Positions 57,035 to 64,000 of a stretch of DNA of 64,000 nucleotides are shown piece after piece. Within the stretch, counting starts at the first letter, position 1, and each line of letters begins with the position of its first letter. The notes under the pieces are model-generated. The model saw only the letters and a program-made list of their open reading frames with translations. It was not told the origin of the DNA and ran no database searches. The position numbers and the translations under genes were made by a program. The DNA comes from an uncultured Gammaproteobacteria bacterium (GTDB lineage Bacteria > Patescibacteriota > Microgenomatia > 2-02-FULL-39-11): the NCBI GenBank assembly GCA_964446235.1, contig CAYUNW010000002.1, positions 71,609 to 135,608 on the forward strand, in the 5' to 3' direction.

Positions 57035-57071
57035 GATTACAAATTAATTGAATGATAATCTAAGTACAAAG

Positions 57072-58112
57072 TCAAGATGATGTTTTGAGAATCTGAAAAT
57101 GCTTTAGGCTTCGTTCAATAAGAATATCGAAACTACCGTTGTTGAAATTATGGTTTTCAGCTGGATAAGTAAAATATTCTACCTTGATACCCAATTTTTT
57201 CAAATTATTGTATAACTCATCAGACCAGCGTAAAGGTACAGCTTCATCAGCTCCTCCTTGATGGATTTGGATACTGGACTTAATCCATTCATAATAATTT
57301 GTTGGGGAAAAATCCTCAATATCGTAATCCTTTTCAAAATCCGCTACCACTTTTCGCAAAGCCTTACCATGATCTTCAAATTCGTCTGTAAAATAAAGTA
57401 TAGAATAAGGAAATGGTTTGGAAACCGGTGCCCATAAAACCAGCGGAAATTCATTTTGGGTGATGGCAGCAATCGACAATGCTATATGACCGCCATTGCT
57501 ATGACCCCATAAACCTACCTTTCCATTTGACCTAACAGTTGATATAGCTTCCTTATCAAAAGCATCATTAAGTGAAGGAATTGAAGAAAGCAAAGACAAT
57601 ACCGTAGTGTAGGTTTGAAATCTCTCTTCTATAGGTAATGCCGACGGTGAAGCGCTTTCACCGTATCCGAGAAAATCAGGTGCAAGTGCGATAAATCCGT
57701 TTGAGGCAAAAGTCTCTCCTGCTCTTCTGGAACCTTCTCCGCTAGAATAAATTTCCCTATCGACAAACCCCCGTAACAAAACCAATATCGGATAGTTCCC
57801 AGATTTTTTTGGGTAATTTATCAATCCTGAAACCTTTTTGCCTTCCGTTTCAAAATAAAACATCCTGGAAATATAATTGGTTTCTTCTTTTTGGATTTTA
57901 CCTAATGTTATTTCAGATAAAAAAAATTTTGTGTTTTTCAGATTTTCAAAAGAATACTTAAGCAAGGGTTTTACGGTTGGACTTGGAACTATACCCAAAA
58001 AAGGGTTTTTCAAAACTTGATTATCGTTTATCTGGTCGACGTACATCTTCCCCAAAAAAACAAGAAAAAATGTCAAAAAGGATATAAAAATGAATAGAAA
58101 TAATTTATTCAT
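57072..58112 (-). CDS. Alpha/beta hydrolase (S9/dienelactone hydrolase-like)
   Basis: 346 aa with a signal anchor. Nucleophile elbow GHSNGG. C-terminal D and H (ENHNF) fit a catalytic triad. Confidence 0.7.
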   Translation of the reverse strand: MNKLFLFIFISFLTFFLVFLGKMYVDQINDNQVLKNPFLGIVPSPTVKPLLKYSFENLKNTKFFLSEITLGKIQKEETNYISRMFYFETEGKKVSGLINYPKKSGNYPILVLLRGFVDREIYSSGEGSRRAGETFASNGFIALAPDFLGYGESASPSALPIEERFQTYTTVLSLLSSIPSLNDAFDKEAISTVRSNGKVGLWGHSNGGHIALSIAAITQNEFPLVLWAPVSKPFPYSILYFTDEFEDHGKALRKVVADFEKDYDIEDFSPTNYYEWIKSSIQIHQGGADEAVPLRWSDELYNNLKKLGIKVEYFTYPAENHNFNNGSFDILIERSLKHFQILKTSS

Positions 58113-58169
58113 CGGCTATTAGATATCTATTATAGATTGTTTGGAATATTTAGCCAAAAATGATGATTT

Positions 58170-59105
58170 TTAAATCGAAATCCGAAACGGTCTAGTTGGT
58201 CTTGGATAATTTATCTGATTAGTCGGTATTGGCGTAATACTCGGAATTTGCGCTGATATTGTCGGGGTAGAAGATCTATTAAGAAAAATTGTAGGTATTG
58301 ATAAAGTAGGCAAAACCGGTCTTGTCCATCTGGAAGTGGGTAAAACAAATGGTGTCGGTGAAGGTAAGATACCGAAGTAATGGATTTTGCTATCTCCACC
58401 GTTAAATATACCGTTTAATTGATTTGATGAGCTGTCTATTGCTTCATTTTGTCCCCTAATACCATCCAAATTCCATAGTAAAAGTGTGTTTTGATCTGCC
58501 GTCAAAGGATTATTGTAAGCACCCCCATTCCATAAACTCCCGATGTCTCTTGATACTGATGAAACCCTGATATAGTCTATTTCTCCATAAAATTCGTTAC
58601 TACTAAAAATCCCCGAGCTTAAAGATTTACCCAAAATTATATCCGGACCTGCTTTTGCTAAATTGAATGTACCGACGATATCCATGATTTTTTCTCCGTT
58701 TATAAATAATGTGGTCTTATTGATATCAGTAGTCACAGCCACGTGAGACCACTGATTTGAAATCAAATTACCACTAACAGCCGAAAGAAGTGAACCGTTG
58801 TTATAGCGGATTAGAAAAGATAATGAACCTCCATTGATACCTATTTCATAATACACACGGTTTAAGGATAAATCTCCTATAGAAAATATTTTTTGAATAC
58901 CAGAAACCTCATTCGGTTTGATATAAGCCTCAAAAGTAAAAGCATTTAAAGGTGAGTTATCAGTGTTTTTTGCCGAAACAAAACCCCCGTTTAAAATCAG
59001 GTAATTACCGAAATAAGCACTGATATTCTTTGATAGATTGATAAGAATGAATAAAAGTATAAAAAACAGGGTAGCAATGATAATTTTTTTCATAAAAAAA
59101 GACAA
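58170..59105 (-). CDS. Secreted LamG/concanavalin-A-like lectin domain protein
   Basis: 311 aa. FTFEAYIKPN...WSHVAVT...LFINGE matches a LamG pattern. Pro/Thr-rich C-terminus. Confidence 0.6.
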   Translation of the reverse strand: MSFFMKKIIIATLFFILLFILINLSKNISAYFGNYLILNGGFVSAKNTDNSPLNAFTFEAYIKPNEVSGIQKIFSIGDLSLNRVYYEIGINGGSLSFLIRYNNGSLLSAVSGNLISNQWSHVAVTTDINKTTLFINGEKIMDIVGTFNLAKAGPDIILGKSLSSGIFSSNEFYGEIDYIRVSSVSRDIGSLWNGGAYNNPLTADQNTLLLWNLDGIRGQNEAIDSSSNQLNGIFNGGDSKIHYFGILPSPTPFVLPTSRWTRPVLPTLSIPTIFLNRSSTPTISAQIPSITPIPTNQINYPRPTRPFRISI

Positions 59106-59245
59106 TTTATAATTTATAAATTGCCTCTGTGTGCAGCCGACAAAAATTTCGGCAGATTAGTATGGTCTTTATAACTTATAAATTCATATTTGTCAACAGT
59201 TATAAGATTAAAAATATTTCTTGACAGAGAGGATAGATATGACTT

Positions 59246-61405
59246 ATGTTTAAGTTAAGCGTGAAAAAGATTTTCGTTTTATTACTTGTATTATCTTCAT
59301 TGTTATTTTCCTTGATCTCTCCTGCCGAAATTTCAGCATTAGATCCGCAAAATCCGGTTTTTATCTGTCTTGACTCTTATGTCATCCCTGATCCTATAAA
59401 CCAATATGTCAAAAATACCTGGGCTGGTAAAAAAATGCTTGACGTTTGGAACGAAATGGTGGCATCCACCACTCAATGCACGGGAGAACCCAATCCATCT
59501 GCCACATCATGTCTCCATAAAATGCATATCTGGGACAAACAAGGCACTCCCATGCATCATATGCTCATGGCCAAAAACAAAAAACAACCCGACGGTACTT
59601 TCATCCAAATACCGGTTGGTCTTGAAAATTCCGAAGTGAAAATTGTCAGAAGAATTACATATCAAAGCTGTAGTACAGCCAGTACGACCGTATGTAATAA
59701 ATGTACTCAACAACCATGTCGCCCGTGCGACCCTGCTAAAGAAACTTGTTCTTTTTTCCAGTGTGCAGTTGATAAAAACGGAGAAAATATGTGCGGAGAC
59801 ATACTTGAGGCTGCTCCGCAGGATTCAACCTCAAAATTTCAAGTCTTTGACTATGCTAAAGGCCAATTAACTGCTGCAACTGATGATGATGACAATAATA
59901 ACCTTCTTACGGTCAATCATATCCAAAGTTTTACAAGTATCGGTGCTATTCATAGAATTTATGCGCTGATGATGCCTATCGGTGGATCTTCCAACACAGG
60001 CGCCGATCAGGCAACACTTAAATATGCCACCTTCTTACCAAATGTCCAGCCGCCTGATGCTTTGGACTGTGTAACAATCGCCTGGGATCCATACGGAAGA
60101 ATCATAGATTCCAAAACTTTGGAACCTATCAAAAATTGCCAAGTAACTCTTAAAAATTTCAATACCTCAAATGAGCTCGTCAATTCTGCTTTCCCCAATA
60201 TCCCCACTTTCAAAAATCCGTATATGACAAAAGCTGACGGATCGTATTTCTTTACCGTTGATCCCGGTACCTACTACTTATATCCGCAAAATAACCAATT
60301 TAATTTCCCCTCCAGTGAAAATAATCTACAAACTGCCATTTCAAATTTACGTTCATTTGACCCCTTTGGTGTGTATTTCTCCATCGGAAATTTGTACAAT
60401 AATTCTTCAACTCCCATACTAGAACTGGCCGGTAAGGCCGAAAGAAGGGATATGATCCTGGAACCATTAGATCCCAATTATTCCGGATCCTCTCCGGAAG
60501 TTATGGAAACCGATATCATCAGGCTTGAAAATAAGCATTTGATAAGCGGACAGGTTTCCCACCCAAGAAGCACAGTATATGCCTTGAATAATAACCGTTA
60601 TATCGCCTCAGCCAATGCCGATTTGCAAGGTGTATTCAAAATGGAAGTCGATAATTCCCTAATAGATAAAGATAACGAGATAATCGCTTTGATAGTCGAA
60701 AAAATTCCACTGGTTTTACAGCCTCTTGCCCAAAATGTACAATCACAAGCGGTAAAAACTTCAGTCTCCCAGCAGGCTTATTATGTCAAACCGATACCAT
60801 CATTCCTATCCGGTTTCGTATTTTCTGCAAGTGTCCAATTGATACCGTACTCAAAAGTCAATATCATCATCCCCAGTATGGACAATGTGGTTTACTCCCA
60901 AGCATCAACGGATGAAAACGGTTATCTCTTCCTCTCAGAAGAACAATTACCGCCGTTTGAATTTGTCATTCAAACTAACCCGGAAATTAACCAACAAAAA
61001 ATGACTTTTCAGACTGTTGATCAGTTCAAAACAGCCAACAGAATCTATTTGGCTGAATCAAATATCAATTTATATCAAAAACCTACACTGGCGAAAGAAC
61101 AAAAGATCAGAAAGCCTGATATCGCTTTAATAAAAAAAGTGGAAAATGAAACTCCAAACCTGGTTAAATCGGAAGATATCCTAACGGTAATAGACAACCC
61201 TTCACAATATACTGATAAAAATACTGATACCCAAGGTAACCAACCAGACAATAATTCAAAAGAAAATGACACTATAACCGAGAAACAGAAGAAAAACAGC
61301 GACATGCTGATTTTATTACTGGTTCTGATTTTAATATTGGTTATTGGATTCTATATATACAAAAAGAAAAAAACGTCAGCCGATATTCCTACTCTCAACA
61401 AATAA
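59246..61405 (+). CDS. Large Cys-rich surface protein with C-terminal TM anchor
   Basis: 719 aa. Signal peptide, Cys-rich N-terminal third, a CarboxypepD_reg-like segment (CQVTLKNF...KADGSYFFTVDPGTYYLY), and a C-terminal hydrophobic anchor followed by KKKKT. Confidence 0.55.
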   Translation: MFKLSVKKIFVLLLVLSSLLFSLISPAEISALDPQNPVFICLDSYVIPDPINQYVKNTWAGKKMLDVWNEMVASTTQCTGEPNPSATSCLHKMHIWDKQGTPMHHMLMAKNKKQPDGTFIQIPVGLENSEVKIVRRITYQSCSTASTTVCNKCTQQPCRPCDPAKETCSFFQCAVDKNGENMCGDILEAAPQDSTSKFQVFDYAKGQLTAATDDDDNNNLLTVNHIQSFTSIGAIHRIYALMMPIGGSSNTGADQATLKYATFLPNVQPPDALDCVTIAWDPYGRIIDSKTLEPIKNCQVTLKNFNTSNELVNSAFPNIPTFKNPYMTKADGSYFFTVDPGTYYLYPQNNQFNFPSSENNLQTAISNLRSFDPFGVYFSIGNLYNNSSTPILELAGKAERRDMILEPLDPNYSGSSPEVMETDIIRLENKHLISGQVSHPRSTVYALNNNRYIASANADLQGVFKMEVDNSLIDKDNEIIALIVEKIPLVLQPLAQNVQSQAVKTSVSQQAYYVKPIPSFLSGFVFSASVQLIPYSKVNIIIPSMDNVVYSQASTDENGYLFLSEEQLPPFEFVIQTNPEINQQKMTFQTVDQFKTANRIYLAESNINLYQKPTLAKEQKIRKPDIALIKKVENETPNLVKSEDILTVIDNPSQYTDKNTDTQGNQPDNNSKENDTITEKQKKNSDMLILLLVLILILVIGFYIYKKKKTSADIPTLNK

Positions 61406-61737
61406 TGAACTGGATCATAAACATTATTATCAGGGCTTTAATACTTTTAATCACCTCATCAATAATCCCCGGTTTTCGGATAAATTCCTACATGACGGCT
61501 CTGATAGTAGCCTTGGTATTGGGTATATTAAATACATTTCTCAAACCGGTTTTGCTTTTTTTTACATTTCCCTTAAATATACTCAGTCTTGGTTTATTTA
61601 CATTTATCATAAATGCGATTCTACTTATTCTCTCGTCAAAGTTAGTCGAGGGATTTAAAATAGATTCTTTTATGACCGCAATATTGGCCTCTATCGTAAT
61701 ATCTATAATGTCTGTAATTCTAAATAGGCTGATTTAA
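61405..61737 (+). CDS. Phage-holin-family-IV-like (DUF360/YvlD) small membrane protein
   Basis: 110 aa, 3-4 TM helices. The layout IPGF.I.S...A...A.VLG.LN...KP....L..P is typical of this family. Confidence 0.6.
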   Translation: MNWIINIIIRALILLITSSIIPGFRINSYMTALIVALVLGILNTFLKPVLLFFTFPLNILSLGLFTFIINAILLILSSKLVEGFKIDSFMTAILASIVISIMSVILNRLI

Positions 61738-62240
61738 CTTTTGCTCATGAGATAATCCTTTAAAGCTTTCCTGATGCAGTCAAATGCAATATACTTGAAT
61801 GGTAATTTATCGATACTGAAAAAAGTATAATCAGCTACATCATCATTTGGAGTAATTAAAATATCACTATCCAGTTTTCCCAAAAAAACCAAAGATAAAA
61901 CATGACTTTTCACTCCTTTGTATAAATATTCATCGATATAAGAGTGGAAGTATTCAAATACTGAAATTTTGATACCAAGCTCTTCCTCCAATTCCCTAGT
62001 TATACTTTGTTCAATATTTTCTTGGGGTTGTAAAAACCCACCTGGCAGATCCCACATGTTTTTCGCTGGATCGTACTTTCTTTTTGTCAGAAGAATTTCC
62101 TTTTTGGCATTTTCCAATATAACAGCGTTTGTAGCAACCGGATTATCATAAAAATGCGATCCGCACTTAAGACAAACAAAAAGGAACTTTGAATTATGCT
62201 GTAATTCGTTTCTGCATTTCGGACAAAAGGTAAAAATCAT
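61734..62240 (-). CDS. NUDIX hydrolase with N-terminal zinc ribbon
   Basis: CPKC...CLKC ribbon and Nudix box GGFLQPQENIEQSITRELEEELG. Confidence 0.85.
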   Translation of the reverse strand: MIFTFCPKCRNELQHNSKFLFVCLKCGSHFYDNPVATNAVILENAKKEILLTKRKYDPAKNMWDLPGGFLQPQENIEQSITRELEEELGIKISVFEYFHSYIDEYLYKGVKSHVLSLVFLGKLDSDILITPNDDVADYTFFSIDKLPFKYIAFDCIRKALKDYLMSKS

Positions 62241-62815
62241 ATTCTGTTTTTTTCTGTGGAAATTCTGGATGCAACCGGTGAATTCTGATTGATGTATTTG
62301 GCGTCCTTTTTTTTGTTATATGGTATTTGGACAGGACTGGACATTGTCTCAAATGTTAAAGCGCAAATCCTCATTCCTGGATATAAAGCAACCGGCATCC
62401 TGCCTAAATTACCCAATTCCATGACAATTTTCCCCGACCAACCGGGTTCAAAAATTGAAGCTGTTGAATGCACAACTATTCCCAATCTGCCTAAAGAAGA
62501 CCTGCCTTCAAGTCTTGCCAGCAAATCATCAGGAAGGCTAAAGCTTTCTATTGTGGTTGCCAATACAAAATCCGAAGGCTGCAGTACAAACGATTGACCT
62601 GTTTTGACTTTAACGATTTTAGTGATATCTTTGGATAATTTTTCATTGAAAGGATCAATATATGGCACACGGCTGTTTTCAAATACCCTAAATTCATATC
62701 CGAGCCGCATATCTACGGAACAAGATCCAATTTGTGATTGAAAATCCGGTTTGGGTGAAATTTTTATCTTACCTACTTTTAGATATTTTTTTATATCTTT
62801 GTCAGACAATATCAT
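62237..62815 (-). CDS. dcd: dCTP deaminase
   Basis: 192 aa. MILSDKDI start, SVDMRLG, GRSSLGRLGI and the EPGWSG..VMEL motif. Confidence 0.9.
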   Translation of the reverse strand: MILSDKDIKKYLKVGKIKISPKPDFQSQIGSCSVDMRLGYEFRVFENSRVPYIDPFNEKLSKDITKIVKVKTGQSFVLQPSDFVLATTIESFSLPDDLLARLEGRSSLGRLGIVVHSTASIFEPGWSGKIVMELGNLGRMPVALYPGMRICALTFETMSSPVQIPYNKKKDAKYINQNSPVASRISTEKNRI

Positions 62816-62905
62816 AATTTCTCTATTTTATCATAACAGATAAATTTCCTATGAAGATAAGCTGATACTTGTGAAATACATTCTTTTTCTGGTACGCTTT
62901 TTGTA

Positions 62906-64000
62906 ATGCCCGATATTTTTGATTTTATTCATTGGCACTATACTAGCGCTTGGTACAAAACTCTGATACTGACCAGAAACCTGACGGTATTACCTATATA
63001 TCTTCTGGCCTTACCAACACATTTGAAATATCTTTTTTATCCGTGGAAAAGACAGACTATCAGAAGCAAACCCGGGTTTGATTTGGGAGATTTTTTAGGT
63101 GTAATAGCTTTCAATTTGAAATCCCGATTGGTCGGTCTGACTATGAGAATGATGCTTTTCCTTTATGCAATATTTATAATTCCTCTTTTTTCCTTTTCAG
63201 GATTTGTTTGCGTCTTAATTTGGCCGTTTATATTGCCGTTTACTTATTTTATTTATAAGAAAAATAAAGACGATGATAATAATTTACTATCCACGTTGAT
63301 TCATAAAAGCAATAACTCGTTGGAAAAATTTATTATACTTCTTTTGGATACCCAAGCTATTAGTTTTACCTTTGAAAGATTGGGTTTTTCGGCTGAAAGT
63401 TTAAAAAAATATATAAAAACTTTTGCAGATAAAACACAATTAAAGTTAACTTCAGAAAAATTCAAATCAGAAGACGGTTTATATAACATGTCAAAAGTCG
63501 TTACTTTCCTAGCCCAATATTTCACTCCGATAACCTCTTTATTGGACAAAAGTAAAATCACGGTTGAAGATGTATCACATTGTTATTTATGGTACAAAGA
63601 TAACTCTCAAATTCAAAAAAGGTCGGTGATTCTAGACTTGGATAAAATTAAAAACATTCGCGGTATAGGTCTGGATTGGTCGTACGGATACACTCCTGAA
63701 CTTGATAAATATTCTGACGATATCACCATAAAAAATGCAACCTTTCCTCTTCTTGTAGGTAGAGATAAGGAATTGGAGATTTTGCAAAAAACGCTTATCA
63801 AAACAGAAGAAAACAATATTTTATTGGTTGGCGATGCCGGAGTAGGACGTCATATTCTTATACAAACTTTAGCAAGGAAGATACTTGCGGGTGACTGCAA
63901 TCATGAACTTGCCCATAAAAGAGTAATCTCTTTATCAATGCATTCCATCCTATCTGTAAAACAAACAATTAGTGAAACAAAAGGATTTATCAATAACCTC
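62906..64000 (+). CDS. Clp/Hsp100-like AAA+ protein with membrane-embedded N-terminus, truncated by window edge
   Basis: Not in ORF track (no stop before the window end). 365 codons run open from the ATG at 62906. N-terminus has two hydrophobic segments and FYPWKR. Later, LVGRDKELEILQKTLIKTEENNILLVGDAGVGRHIL parallels ClpA/B NBD1 (liGRd.Ei..L.Rr.KNNp.LiG.pGVGKT), but the Walker A Lys-Thr is replaced by Arg-His. Confidence 0.6.
   Translation, partial: MPDIFDFIHWHYTSAWYKTLILTRNLTVLPIYLLALPTHLKYLFYPWKRQTIRSKPGFDLGDFLGVIAFNLKSRLVGLTMRMMLFLYAIFIIPLFSFSGFVCVLIWPFILPFTYFIYKKNKDDDNNLLSTLIHKSNNSLEKFIILLLDTQAISFTFERLGFSAESLKKYIKTFADKTQLKLTSEKFKSEDGLYNMSKVVTFLAQYFTPITSLLDKSKITVEDVSHCYLWYKDNSQIQKRSVILDLDKIKNIRGIGLDWSYGYTPELDKYSDDITIKNATFPLLVGRDKELEILQKTLIKTEENNILLVGDAGVGRHILIQTLARKILAGDCNHELAHKRVISLSMHSILSVKQTISETKGFINNL

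Noticed and set aside
61405-61737. Holin-family protein as evidence of a prophage
   Set aside because: No capsid, tail, terminase, integrase-att or endolysin genes are adjacent. DUF360/YvlD-like proteins are common chromosomal membrane proteins.

Overview
This 64-kb window comes from an AT-rich, gene-dense bacterial chromosome that uses the standard genetic code; TAA, TAG and TGA all terminate long ORFs. I call about 70 CDS (two run off the window edges and are absent from the ORF track) and one tRNA-Leu(CAA). I see no rRNA, cas genes, bona fide CRISPR array or transposase. The gene content suggests a reduced-genome Patescibacteria/CPR-like organism, but that placement is inference only: a 151-aa EF-Ts, archaeal-type ProRS, a lone Xer-type recombinase, salvage rather than de novo pathways, and many small secreted or membrane proteins. 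Most of the window is housekeeping: ribosomal proteins S2, S6, S18, S21 and L31; EF-Ts, Frr, DnaB, DnaX, SSB and RecR; His-, Cys- and Pro-tRNA ligases; and proteases.

The main observations are:
- A ~5.8-kb accessory segment (39.9-45.6 kb) interrupts the conserved rpsB-tsf-[pyrH]-frr-rseP-proS block. It carries a SpoT-like HD protein with a large unknown C-terminal region, a lipoprotein, an orphan consensus promoter with a hairpin (candidate sRNA), two long palindromic elements, and an orphan TraD/VirD4-like ATPase bracketed by direct repeats.
- A 1.4-kb gene-free, very AT-rich region lies next to the tyrosine recombinase. It holds at least 7 degenerate ~45-bp direct repeats that begin with a recombinase-core-like palindrome.
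- A family of heptamer (CTGTTGA/CTGATAG-type) tandem arrays sits in seven intergenic regions between 39 and 55 kb.
- A contiguous cluster covers SAM/SAH recycling and reverse transsulfuration. It includes a divergent DUF62-like gene and a switch-like leader built from SD and anti-SD copies.
- A purine interconversion cluster contains an HPRT-like protein with large extensions.
- An RF1-type release factor lacks domain 1.

All functional calls rest on motif recognition by eye. No searches or computations were run.
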